A stretch of DNA of 64,000 nt from Chryseolinea sp. (GTDB lineage: Bacteria > Bacteroidota > Bacteroidia > Cytophagales > Cyclobacteriaceae), in NCBI GenBank assembly GCA_036525235.1, contig DATDAV010000002.1:23816-87815 (forward strand). The letters are read 5' to 3'. This document shows, piece by piece, positions 1-9,886 of the stretch; within the stretch, counting starts at the first letter, position 1, and each line of letters starts with the position of its first letter. The notes under the pieces are model-generated. The model had not been told where the DNA came from, did not search any database, and saw only the letters and a program-made list of their open reading frames with translations. Position numbers and translations under genes: made by a program.

Positions 1-317
1 TTCACCACATATCCCTTCACACCATTCTCAATGCACCGGCTCACATAGTCTTCATCATCATACATGGAAAGCATCAATATGTTTGCCTGGGAATCGAATT
101 GGAGAATCTTTTGCGTTACCTCCATTCCATTCATATCGGGGAGTGAGATATCCAGGATGATCAGATCGGGTCTTAGTTCTTCATACAACTCGACGGCCTG
201 GCGACCGTTTTCTGCTTCCCCTGCCACCACGATGTCTTTTGACTGTTTCAGCAAGTTTTTTACGCCTGCGCGAATCATGGCATGGTCATCGGCCAACATT
301 ATTTTATACTTTTTCAT
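1..317 (-). CDS. NarL/FixJ-family response regulator, N-terminal part (runs off the window start; not in the ORF track)
   Basis: Hand translation from ATG at 317: MKKYKIMLADDHAMIRAGVKNLL...RPDLIILDISLPDMNG...LMLSMYDDEDYV...GVKGYVV, a typical REC domain of NarL-type regulators; starts 7 bp after the 325..1734 stop. Confidence 0.9.
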   Translation of the reverse strand, partial: MKKYKIMLADDHAMIRAGVKNLLKQSKDIVVAGEAENGRQAVELYEELRPDLIILDISLPDMNGMEVTQKILQFDSQANILMLSMYDDEDYVSRCIENGVKGYVV

Positions 318-324
318 ACATCTT

Positions 325-1734
325 TTAATTCGGGTGAACGGGCGTTTCGATCATAATCAGGGTGCCTCCCTCTGAACCAGGTTTGACAAAAAGTTTACCC
401 TGCAAAATTTCTGCACGGTCACGCATATTTACCAATCCACTGTGACTGCGATCGTCCTTTACCGGAAGGATGCCCTTGCCATTGTCCTCGATGCTAAGGT
501 GGATGGCTTCGGCCCTTTCACTCAGGCGCACGGCAATTGAACTTGCGTGAGCATGTTTGATGGCATTGGTGACCGCTTCCTGTGCTATCCTGTATAAATT
601 CACTTTATGGGCTTGCGCCAACGGCGCAGGTGCACCCATGGATTGGAACGAAATGGGTATGTTCACCGCTTCGTTCATTTGTCTGCACATCGAGCGCAGA
701 CAAGTAGCCAAATCAAAATCTTTTAATTTCGAGGGCAAAAGGTTCTCGGATATTCGCACCGATTCAAGAATCGCTTCATCCAACAACGTGTATAAATTCT
801 GAGCCTTGCGTTTGTCCGTCACCAATACATTCACGTTCATCTTCACGGCGTTTAGTATTTGACCGAGTCCGTCGTGCAGATCTTTGGCAATACGACTTCT
901 TTCTTTCTCCTGCCCTTCAATTAATGCGCTGAGCCGTTGCTTCTCAAAGTCCCTTGCCATCTTTTCATTGGCTCTTTTCTCGGACAAATCCTTAAATATC
1001 ATTACCAGACCAATCCGCTTGCCGTGCGCATTAATCACCGGGCTCAGGCTTCCTTCCCCTATGGGCACCCACTCATTTTGTTTCGATCCCAGTAACAAAC
1101 CCTCGGGCATTGCATTGTGCTGTGAAACGATGTCGCATTGGATGGGGTTAACGGGAAATTCATCGGTTGCCTCATTTCGAAGGTGGACGATATCCATCAC
1201 GTTCATTCCAAGGGCATCCTGAAGCGCATATCCGGTGATGGACTCCGCCTTGGGGTTAAGGTATGAGATCATGTGTTGATCGTCGATGATCACGACGGCG
1301 TCGCTTATCGACTTGACCGTGGCAAAATATTTCTCCTCACTTTGCCGGAGCTTTGATTCGATCTCATGCTTATACAAGGCCATTTCGATTACCGTGAAAA
1401 TTTCACGGTCTTCAAAGGGCTTCGTCAAATATCCATAGGGTTCTGTGATCTTCGCCCGTTGAATGGTGTCTTTGTCCGTCAGGGCCGTAATGTAGATCAC
1501 CGGCACATTAAATTTTGATTTTAAGATAGAAGCCGCTTGAATGCCATCCATTTCTCCATTGAGCATAATGTCCATTAAAACCAAATCCGGGCGATCGTGC
1601 TCGGCATACTGAATCGCCGCATTTCCGGAATCACATTTACCCAAAACGGAATAGCCCTCTCCTTCCAAAGTAGTTTGTAAATGATAGGCAACAATAAAAG
1701 AATCTTCAACGATCAAGATGCGCGCTTTTGACAT
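325..1734 (-). CDS. Hybrid REC-PAS-HisKA_3 histidine kinase
   Basis: N-terminal REC (ILIVED...DLVLMDIML...KPF), PAS (ISDAVVIIDDQHMISYLNPKAESITGY), H-box RIAKDLHDGLGQ, HATPase QEAVTNAIKHA...IEDNGKG...SGLVNM. Confidence 0.9.
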   Translation of the reverse strand: MSKARILIVEDSFIVAYHLQTTLEGEGYSVLGKCDSGNAAIQYAEHDRPDLVLMDIMLNGEMDGIQAASILKSKFNVPVIYITALTDKDTIQRAKITEPYGYLTKPFEDREIFTVIEMALYKHEIESKLRQSEEKYFATVKSISDAVVIIDDQHMISYLNPKAESITGYALQDALGMNVMDIVHLRNEATDEFPVNPIQCDIVSQHNAMPEGLLLGSKQNEWVPIGEGSLSPVINAHGKRIGLVMIFKDLSEKRANEKMARDFEKQRLSALIEGQEKERSRIAKDLHDGLGQILNAVKMNVNVLVTDKRKAQNLYTLLDEAILESVRISENLLPSKLKDFDLATCLRSMCRQMNEAVNIPISFQSMGAPAPLAQAHKVNLYRIAQEAVTNAIKHAHASSIAVRLSERAEAIHLSIEDNGKGILPVKDDRSHSGLVNMRDRAEILQGKLFVKPGSEGGTLIMIETPVHPN

Positions 1735-1809
1735 ACGGGTTATGCGATAAATTAAAATGGGTCTTCTTTCTGCTACAAAACACTTTTCTTAGTCCCCTTT
1801 GATTACCGT

Positions 1810-1824
1810 ACCCTAATTTAGGGT
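1810..1824. promoter_or_regulatory. Perfect inverted repeat ACCCTAA-T-TTAGGGT, candidate transcription-factor site
   Basis: 7-1-7 palindrome 76-90 bp upstream of the hybrid kinase start. Confidence 0.4.
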
Positions 1825-1861
1825 GATGGACTCCATTTAGCTATCATTATATATTTTCATT

Positions 1862-4438
1862 TCAAGCGGAGTGATATCCCGCCCCTCGCGGCAGCGATAC
1901 ATGAAATACAGTGCCTTTTCCGCGAACGCTTTCCACGGCAACCTCCCCTGCATTCTTTTCAATAAACTCCTTTACAAGTGCCAGCCCCAGGCCGGTTCCT
2001 TTTTCCCCCTCTGTCCCCCTTGTACTTCTGACCTTGCCCATTTGAAAAAGGTTCTCAAGGTCTGCCGCCGAAATGCCAATACCAGAATCCTGAATAGATA
2101 ACCTGACAACCTCCTCCTCCAAGCACCCTGAAATGTCAATTTTTCCTCCCCGCGGAGTAAACTTAATGGCATTGCTGAGTATGTTACGGACAATAAAATC
2201 AATTTGATGACTGTCGGCAAAGACAGGAAGTGCCGCCGGCCCGCTATAGGTAATGGCGATCTGTTTAACGGCACTGACTTCCTTTGTAAAGTCGATAATG
2301 GAATCGATGTTCCTTTTCAAGTCAATATTTTCGGTCGTTGTCCCGTTGCCATTCATCCGCGATTGGGCCCACGTGGTAAGATCGTCCATCAGGGTTTTGG
2401 TATCCTGGAATGCCTTGTTGATCTCCATTACCATCTTTTTGATGTCCGGTTTTGACAAGGCTTCTATATTCTTCTCGATCAACAAGATGAAACTATGCAA
2501 CGTATTCACCGGGCTCTTCAGGTCATGCGAAACAATACTGAAGAATTTATCCTTAACGGAAATGAGTTCCTCTTTTTCCCTGAGCAATTGTTCCAAAACC
2601 GTCAGCGTGTTTTTCAGTTCGGTTATTTCAAAAGTATAACCGTACCAAAGGATGCTGCCGTCCTGTTGCGCCTCGATGGTGGCCTGGGTTCTCATCCATT
2701 TTGATTTACCATCCGGGGCTTGAATACGAAACTCACTTACATTGCCCGATAATGTCCTGGCTGCATGTTCCACCTCCCTGCTGATCCGTTCCAGATCACC
2801 GGGATGCATGCGACTAAACAACGGTGCAGCATCCTCCGAAACTTCCATTGGCAAGAGGCCATACATATCCTTTATGCCCTTACTGGCAAACGGGAAGTAT
2901 GTGGAGCCGTCGGGACGCATGCAGAATTCATAGATAAAGCCGGGAATATTATCGGAGAGTTTTTCAAAACGGTTTAGGATCGTCTTGAGGCGTTGTTCAC
3001 TTAGGAGCAAAGCATCCTCCGCCTTTTTTCGCTGCGTGATATCCATTCCGATTCCAATAACGCATCGCCTGCCCTCATACTCTATTCTCCAGCCGGTGAA
3101 GAAATAGGGGATCTTGACTTTATCCTTCGTGAAGAGGTCTACTTCCGCTTCTGCCTGCCCAACTGAGAAAACGGCTTGCATTTTTTCAGTCACCAATGCT
3201 CTATCCCCTTCATCAAAAAACTCGAGCGGGGTCATGGCACCCACTTCCTTCTCCGAATATCCCGTTACGGTTTCATAGTTTTTGTTCCATCTCAAATACT
3301 TGTGCTGCTCGTCAAAAAGGAAAAATACACCCGGTAGTCCGTTGATAATAGAATCAGAAAGCTCTCTCTCCTTTACAATTTTTAACTCGGCTTCTTTTTT
3401 ATCCATCACGTCATGCAAGATGAAAAGCCCGGTATCTTTTTTAAAAATACCTTTACCATCGATCCAAATCTTTCTACCGGTGGCCGTGATCATTTCAAAC
3501 TCCATCTCCACCATGCTTTTGGATTTGTCCGCAACGCCCGACATTCCATCCACGATTTTCTGTTGGATGACGGAAAGGTGGTGTGGATGAACATAGGTTT
3601 TGAGAAACTGGCTGAGTTGAATACGCTCCGGCCCATTACCTTCCCTGTCCAGCAGCTGAAACAATTCTCTACTCACCGTGAGTTGCAATGAGCGAAGGTC
3701 CAATTCGGCACTGCCCATTTTCCCAAAATGCAAGGTCTCCTGAAACTGTTCGTTGGAAGTTCTCAATTTTCTGATCATCAACATGGAATAGCTGCCGGCA
3801 CTTCCGATGATCAAAAGGGTCAGAAAGATATTGAGGGAGAAGAGATAAATATTGATCTCGCGTGCGGCAGAACCCAATACATCACTGAATTCCCGTTCCA
3901 GTGTCGTTAGCTCCGAGGTCAACCTGTCTACTTCGAGCGTCATCAATTCCTTTTCTTGCAACGACAAGCTTCCAGCCGTTATTTGCGTTCTCACATTCTC
4001 TCCCAACAAAACAAGCTTGCCAATTTTGCCATCCGCTTGTTTCCAAATCTGAATGGCCCGTTTCATAAATGAGACGTCCTTAAAGTTTTGGAACAACCAA
4101 ATCATGTCGTCCAGGTCATCGCTATGATTTTCGCCCTGTAAAAAACCATTCCTAACGGCGGCTTCACTACCGTTGTTCATCAGACCAACCCGCGCCGCGC
4201 TATCCCCCAAAGGCGCCTTCAGTTCCTTCAAAAAAAATTGCCAATACTTTGGATTTTCGGTATGGATGTACATGGTCAAATGCTGCGAGCCATCCTTTTG
4301 CCCCTTTGAGTAGCGGGATTCTCCATTGATGTAAGCCCGCACTGCCGAAGTAGTCCGGATGGTGAAATAGTCGATCAATATGAGCAACGTGGACACCAGC
4401 ACTATAATTACCAACGGTACATTACGCTTATTGATCAT
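1862..4438 (-). CDS. Membrane-bound multi-PAS sensor histidine kinase (HisKA)
   Basis: Two hydrophobic segments flank a ~170-aa extracytoplasmic domain; three PAS-like repeats; H-box FSIVSHDLKSP; N-box RNILSNAIKFT; G-boxes DSGIG and GTGLGL. Confidence 0.9.
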   Translation of the reverse strand: MINKRNVPLVIIVLVSTLLILIDYFTIRTTSAVRAYINGESRYSKGQKDGSQHLTMYIHTENPKYWQFFLKELKAPLGDSAARVGLMNNGSEAAVRNGFLQGENHSDDLDDMIWLFQNFKDVSFMKRAIQIWKQADGKIGKLVLLGENVRTQITAGSLSLQEKELMTLEVDRLTSELTTLEREFSDVLGSAAREINIYLFSLNIFLTLLIIGSAGSYSMLMIRKLRTSNEQFQETLHFGKMGSAELDLRSLQLTVSRELFQLLDREGNGPERIQLSQFLKTYVHPHHLSVIQQKIVDGMSGVADKSKSMVEMEFEMITATGRKIWIDGKGIFKKDTGLFILHDVMDKKEAELKIVKERELSDSIINGLPGVFFLFDEQHKYLRWNKNYETVTGYSEKEVGAMTPLEFFDEGDRALVTEKMQAVFSVGQAEAEVDLFTKDKVKIPYFFTGWRIEYEGRRCVIGIGMDITQRKKAEDALLLSEQRLKTILNRFEKLSDNIPGFIYEFCMRPDGSTYFPFASKGIKDMYGLLPMEVSEDAAPLFSRMHPGDLERISREVEHAARTLSGNVSEFRIQAPDGKSKWMRTQATIEAQQDGSILWYGYTFEITELKNTLTVLEQLLREKEELISVKDKFFSIVSHDLKSPVNTLHSFILLIEKNIEALSKPDIKKMVMEINKAFQDTKTLMDDLTTWAQSRMNGNGTTTENIDLKRNIDSIIDFTKEVSAVKQIAITYSGPAALPVFADSHQIDFIVRNILSNAIKFTPRGGKIDISGCLEEEVVRLSIQDSGIGISAADLENLFQMGKVRSTRGTEGEKGTGLGLALVKEFIEKNAGEVAVESVRGKGTVFHVSLPRGAGYHSA

Positions 4439-4516
4439 CTCGTTTAGATTGTTTGTTTACGTTGCTATTTTGCATCTTCATCCGTTCACGATTATTTTCC
4501 AACGCACAGTTCCTCA

Positions 4517-7378
4517 TCAGGCAGAAAACCGTATTTGAAAGTCCGTTCCATTTTTTCTAAGAATTGAAAACTCACCACCCAACTGTTTCATAAAAATGTA
4601 GAGCAGCGACATGCCGAAGCTACCGGTTTCCTGTGGCGCAACATGCTCTGGCAGTCCAATGCCATTGTCGCAAACACTCAATAAAAACTTCCCCTTCGCT
4701 TCCTGCAAAAAGCGGACAACTACTTCTCCCTTGCTTTTTGAGGGAAAGGCATGCTTAATTGCATTTGTCACCAATTCATTCACAATTAAGCCACAATACG
4801 TGGCCACATCGGAGGGAAGTTGAGTGGGCAAAATTTCGGTTTTAGCTTCTACGATCAAGTCCGGTCTATAAAATGAAACTTGAATGTCCTTCAACACTTT
4901 ATTTAAAAAATCATCTATGCTCACCGAATCAAGTTCCTCGGTTTGAAGCAGGCGCTCATGAAGTCCGGCAATCGATTTTATCTTCTGCCGCAGTCCTTCC
5001 AAAAATTCACGAATGTCATTTTGCTTAAAAGTTGCCAACTTCAAATACACAATGCTGGAGATCAGCTGAAGATTATTCTTGATGCGATGATGCACTTCCT
5101 TTATCAGCGTCTCCTTTTCTTTCAGCGATTGCAGTATTCTCTGTTCTGTTAATTTCTCCTGCGTTTGATCGTACACAACCGAGATCCCACTCAAAGGATT
5201 GCCTTGTTCATCCCGGAAAAATAAGCCCTGCGATTTTATATATCTGACTTCCTGATCAATCGGCCTGATGATCCGGTATTCATCGTAGTACTGGCTACTG
5301 GAGGACTGTAGCAATCCCTTGTCCCGCGTCCGTTTTGCCTCAATTTCATCCGGATGAATGATCGTCCAATATTTTTCACGCGTAAGCACATTTTCCTCCA
5401 TGCCAAATATCTCTCTCAATCGATCATCACATTCCCAGGAATTCTTTACGAAATCGATTTGCCAAACGCCCAATCGGGCGGCCTTGTTAGCGAGTTCCAA
5501 TCGTTTCGCCAGTTTCTTTGTTTCGGTTATATCCGTAACCACGGCGAGCGATCGCACGACTTTGCCCTGCTCATCGTACTCAGCACTTGACGACAAAAGC
5601 GTGTTTAAAACTTTACCACTTTTGGTCACAAAGTCATATTCCAAATTGATGGCTATACCCGATTTAATAAAATCCAACAAGTTCTTAACTGCTCTTTCCC
5701 GGGATTCAGCCGTCATGAATTCCACACTTCGCTTCCCCAGAACCTCTTCTCTTGAATACTCCATTTTTTGTAACCAGTAGTCGCTTACCCTGCTCAATTT
5801 CCCATCGACTTCAATGGAATGCATCATTACGGGAGTCTGATTATACAGGAGCTTGAATCGGGACGCACTTCTTCCGAGTTCCTCTTCAGCCATTTTACGC
5901 TCACTGATGTCGCGGACTAGCAAGGTGATGTTTAAGTCGCCCTTTAGGTTTGAAAATACTTTAGACGTTATTTCACCCGTAAAGACAGCGCCATCTTTGC
6001 GTTTTAATCGCACCTCACCTTGGTAGAAACTTTTTTTATTACGCTCTTCAAAGATCGCCGGCAACCGAGGGTCGCTTAAATCCAACAATGCATTTCTGCC
6101 GCCTTCACAGATTTCTTTTTCTGTCATGCCAAAGATGCGGCAGGCTTCAGGATTGGCGGAAAAAATTTCCCCCTCGGTGTTTGCAAACAAGATTCCTTCG
6201 CCGCTATTCTCAATGATCAGGCGATTTTTAAGTTCGCTTTCGGAGGTTTTAAGTTCCGCCACCTTGCGCACCGTGATATCGTGCATGAACCCGAACCAAC
6301 AATATTCTCCGTTTTTACTTTTATATGAATTTGAAACACCCGCTATCCACTTGACAGAACCCGTTGGCACGATCACCCTAAACTCGATGTCCCATGGGCG
6401 ACGATCATGAAATCCACGCTTCATGGTTTGTCTTATCAACGCAACATCGTCGGGGTGAATGATGTGCCATAATCCCTGTGCTCTTATTTTTTCCGCCGAT
6501 ATTCCGAAAAGCGGTTCGCATCCATTGCTTGCGAAAAGAAATTGGCCGGTGTTCTCATCCAGGAGTTGATATTTAAAGATCATCCCCGGGACATTGTCTG
6601 CCAAACGCTTAAACAATTCGTTGGTCTCCGCCAATGCTTCCTGCGTTTTTCTGGGTTCCGTCACTTCGTGAAGAATCGCTAAGGCCGTATCTCCTTTAAA
6701 AATACCGATGGCTTCGATCCATATTTTCCTCCCCTCTCCAGTGAGCATCTCAAACTCGGCATTCACCACCTTTTTGTTAGCTCCATGGCTCATACCCTCC
6801 TCGATTTTCTGTTGAATCATCGTCAGAAAATCAGCACTGATGTATGTTTTCAGAAATTGTTCGATGGGTAATGTTTGTGGCTCCAGTACCACGACATCCA
6901 ATAATTGAAATAATTCCTTGCTTACCGTGAGCTGAAAAGTTTGCAGATCCAGTTCTGCGCTACCCATTTTTCCGAAAACCAGGGTCTCGCTAAGGTTGAT
7001 ACTGGCTTTTTCATCCTTACTTAAAATAGACGCATTGGCACCTTCCAAAAAATCAACAAAACAATGGACGCCCTGAAACGTGATGGATTTGCGTAACACA
7101 CTCAATAAAATCTCTTTGCCTTTATTTGTGCGATGGATTACCGGGCCAAAACGGAGGGGCTTTTTGGATCTACTTTTTGGCGGGTTGGGAAGTTTTTCTG
7201 ACCTGATCTTAGAAATATTCAAGGCTTTGCCTGAAGTGGACAGACCAAGTACCCGCTTTGCCTCGCTATTGAACTTCAACACACACCCATTGTCCTGCCG
7301 ATAGACAATCACAGGCATCGGAAGTTCCTCGCAGTTGAAGGAAATATCTCCTTTTTTGCCTTTCAATCTCATCGCCAT
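4517..7378 (-). CDS. Cytoplasmic multi-PAS sensor histidine kinase (HisKA_2 type)
   Basis: Several PAS/PAC repeats; H-box KEVHHRIKNNLQLI; ELVTNAIKHAF; DNGIGLP; SFGMSL; no hydrophobic segment. Confidence 0.9.
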   Translation of the reverse strand: MAMRLKGKKGDISFNCEELPMPVIVYRQDNGCVLKFNSEAKRVLGLSTSGKALNISKIRSEKLPNPPKSRSKKPLRFGPVIHRTNKGKEILLSVLRKSITFQGVHCFVDFLEGANASILSKDEKASINLSETLVFGKMGSAELDLQTFQLTVSKELFQLLDVVVLEPQTLPIEQFLKTYISADFLTMIQQKIEEGMSHGANKKVVNAEFEMLTGEGRKIWIEAIGIFKGDTALAILHEVTEPRKTQEALAETNELFKRLADNVPGMIFKYQLLDENTGQFLFASNGCEPLFGISAEKIRAQGLWHIIHPDDVALIRQTMKRGFHDRRPWDIEFRVIVPTGSVKWIAGVSNSYKSKNGEYCWFGFMHDITVRKVAELKTSESELKNRLIIENSGEGILFANTEGEIFSANPEACRIFGMTEKEICEGGRNALLDLSDPRLPAIFEERNKKSFYQGEVRLKRKDGAVFTGEITSKVFSNLKGDLNITLLVRDISERKMAEEELGRSASRFKLLYNQTPVMMHSIEVDGKLSRVSDYWLQKMEYSREEVLGKRSVEFMTAESRERAVKNLLDFIKSGIAINLEYDFVTKSGKVLNTLLSSSAEYDEQGKVVRSLAVVTDITETKKLAKRLELANKAARLGVWQIDFVKNSWECDDRLREIFGMEENVLTREKYWTIIHPDEIEAKRTRDKGLLQSSSSQYYDEYRIIRPIDQEVRYIKSQGLFFRDEQGNPLSGISVVYDQTQEKLTEQRILQSLKEKETLIKEVHHRIKNNLQLISSIVYLKLATFKQNDIREFLEGLRQKIKSIAGLHERLLQTEELDSVSIDDFLNKVLKDIQVSFYRPDLIVEAKTEILPTQLPSDVATYCGLIVNELVTNAIKHAFPSKSKGEVVVRFLQEAKGKFLLSVCDNGIGLPEHVAPQETGSFGMSLLYIFMKQLGGEFSILRKNGTDFQIRFSA

Positions 7379-7436
7379 TGCATCAAAAAAATCAAAGTTA
7401 CATATTGATAATCAGGGATGTAAGGGCGATTATACC

Positions 7437-7452
7437 TACGTAGAAATACGTA
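7437..7452. promoter_or_regulatory. Palindrome TACGTA-GAAA-TACGTA, candidate transcription-factor site
   Basis: 16-bp dyad 59-74 bp upstream of the 4517..7378 start. Confidence 0.4.
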
Positions 7453-8091
7453 CTTCGATTGCGATATGCGGAGGAAGGGAGGAGGTTATAAATGGAATGG
7501 GGAGCTCATGATGCATGGCGTTGGCATGCTGTACGTTTTAGAAAATTTTAAGACGGCGCAATTGAGCATATATATCCGCGCCAGCTATCTTTTTAGTTAT
7601 CCATATATAACCAGCCACTACGATTACAATTACAAACCCCATAGACATTGATTTAAGCAGTGCTTAAGATCCAAAAATGATATAAAGTATAATTGACTTA
7701 GTTGTCGCCAGCAGACCTAAAGACACTAACTCAGTTAATAGCAAAAAGCTTTCCTTTATTAAAAATCAAACTAAAAATGCTCATTAAAAATACGCCCATA
7801 GCGCCATGGTGGCCAGGAAGGACAAACAAAAAAAGAGGTTTTAACGCTAATGAAAATTGCTGTCGATGTAAATCCCAATCCTGCAAAAAGAAAATAGATT
7901 GGTTCAATTTTACTTGTTGTGAACTGCCACTATCATAGACCGTTGTTTCCTTCTTATCATTTCTTTTACTCCTTCTTTAGCAGCTCCCGACGCTACTCGT
8001 TGAGCCCGATCAGCTTGCCTACTCAATGCTTTTGCAGCCTAATAAGGTTTCCTTACAGTTTTGGCTGCGTCTCGTTACAATTTCCGCCATT

Positions 8092-8123
8092 AAAAAAAAG
8101 GGCTAACCAAAGAAGGTTAGCCC
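8092..8123 (-). terminator. Intrinsic terminator of the T9SS cargo gene
   Basis: Stem GGGCTAACC/GGTTAGCCC with a 6-nt loop, followed on the minus strand by a T8 run. Confidence 0.8.
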
Positions 8124-8160
8124 CAAATTGAATCAATGACGCTTGGATTATTATCGGAGA

Positions 8161-9444
8161 CTATTTGTCAATTACGATTTGTTCTCGTGTGGTTTGGTCA
8201 CCTCTTTTTAGATGCAGATAGTAAATCCCGCGCGCAAGGTCATGCGTGTCCAGACTGAGTTTCCCTCCTCTGCTGGTGCCCGCTTTCCTTACCTGGCCGT
8301 TGGCATCCAGGAGCTTAGCCGAGAAGTCTTCTGGCATAGTCTCATCCTGTACTAAGGCCTCTTCACCATCTACCGACATCGACTCGATCCTTAATTGGTC
8401 AGCCGTAGGATTGGGATAGACGTTTAAGGAAATTAGCTGTCCTCCGCCTCCACTACCGCTACATTGATCGGGTGTCTTCTTTATGTAGCTGCCTGTTTTC
8501 GATGTGGTCAACGTGCACCCGCCGTAGTGCATAGAAACGCCTAGCGTAAATGGATTTCCTCCAGGAACGGCATCACCTGCGTCGATGGAAAACGTGCTTT
8601 CCTGAGGCTGGCCCAGTAAATTGGGATTGTTGAACGTCCAAGTGTAGGTTGCTCCAGTAACCAGGGTTGCGCTATAATTATACGTTTCATCCCCGCACGG
8701 GCCAACCCTTGTCGGCCCTGTGATGGTGGGTGCGCCCACCCATATTTTACCAGTGCTCGATACCGGAAAGGGCCAAAGCGGTTCTGATTGAACGGTCACG
8801 TTATAGTTGCCGGTGTAGCCTGTTGCCAACGTGCTCGCCGGGGCTGTGAGGTAGATGGAAGTGGCAAAGCTTCGGATGCCACCGGTGATGGTCTCGTAGC
8901 CATTTCCATCGGCAGGCACGGCTGTCCACCCGGCAGGTAAAATCCAGTCGTATTTATAGTGATAGAAACAAGCCGCTGCGGTGTTGAACGGAATGCCAGG
9001 AATTGATACAATTTGTGTTTGCCCAGATGAACAAAACAATAGGCCGGATATCTGCCCGGGAGTCCACACGCTTATATTGGCATTGTAATAGACCGTGCTG
9101 GTCAGGCCACATCCCAGATCTCTGAAATCGACCTTAACCTGTACGGCACCTAGCTCATTTGGCCACGTTACCGCAGCGGAAGCTGAGGTGGTCAGGTTAG
9201 TAGAAGTGCAATCAAGATTTCCGGTATGACCAACGATCACGCCATTTTTATAAAAAGTAAATTGAAAAATTCCCGGTACAGAGCCAAATGTATTGCTGGC
9301 AGATGCCGAGTAGGTATAACTCTGATTGGGACAGACTTGTGTTGGACCGGAAACCGTAATCGTTGTGGCAAAAGCAACCGACGTTGCTACGATGCACAAC
9401 AGAAAAATTCTGATGCGCAAACTGATTTGTAGTGAAGATAACAT
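8161..9444 (-). CDS. Secreted Ig/PKD-like repeat protein with T9SS type A C-terminal sorting domain
   Basis: Signal peptide; repeated (I/V)SGP...C...TY units with WILPAGW and YTWT; C-terminal LNVYPNPT...LLDANGQ...LARGIYYLHL...IVI. Confidence 0.8.
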   Translation of the reverse strand: MLSSLQISLRIRIFLLCIVATSVAFATTITVSGPTQVCPNQSYTYSASASNTFGSVPGIFQFTFYKNGVIVGHTGNLDCTSTNLTTSASAAVTWPNELGAVQVKVDFRDLGCGLTSTVYYNANISVWTPGQISGLLFCSSGQTQIVSIPGIPFNTAAACFYHYKYDWILPAGWTAVPADGNGYETITGGIRSFATSIYLTAPASTLATGYTGNYNVTVQSEPLWPFPVSSTGKIWVGAPTITGPTRVGPCGDETYNYSATLVTGATYTWTFNNPNLLGQPQESTFSIDAGDAVPGGNPFTLGVSMHYGGCTLTTSKTGSYIKKTPDQCSGSGGGGQLISLNVYPNPTADQLRIESMSVDGEEALVQDETMPEDFSAKLLDANGQVRKAGTSRGGKLSLDTHDLARGIYYLHLKRGDQTTREQIVIDK

Positions 9445-9886
9445 ATGAACAGGGTTTAGTTAAACATTATACACAGCATAAAATCTTTTTTCGGCAAGTC
9501 AGGTCATAGGAAAGAATTTTCAATAACTACGTGATCATCGTAGCCTTGGTGCATTACAAAACATCGAAAAAAGAAAAAGTGGTTCGGCGGGGGGCGAATG
9601 AGAACCTTCTGATAAAGTAAGAAATTAATCGACGCAAATCAAAACCATTCCCAAATGGAATCTTCCTTTCAAATAACTGATACAACTACTAGTATATACG
9701 CATGACCCCCGAAAATGGGGGTGTCAAAAAATAATTGCAATGTCGAATCGATGTGCATACTCCGAGCGAAACAGCGCATATTCGCCAGGTAACATTTACA
9801 GAGCAGAAGAGGCTAAGACCACCCCTTTTGTTGTTGCAATTGATCAAACTTTCGGGTTAAAGAACGATCTTCAAAAACTACTACTA

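Noticed and set aside
7920-8090. Possible pseudogene remnant on the minus strand (…GNLIRLQKH*VGKLIGLNE*RRELLKKE*)
   Set aside because: Multiple stops in a short stretch and no family I can assign; needs tBLASTx
7466-8131. Three short plus-strand ORFs (61-78 aa) in the AT-rich gap
   Set aside because: Atypical composition, no motifs; one runs through a terminator
9445-9886. Unannotated ncRNA in the 440-bp gap
   Set aside because: Only short scattered stems; no recognisable RNA family or terminator-bounded unit
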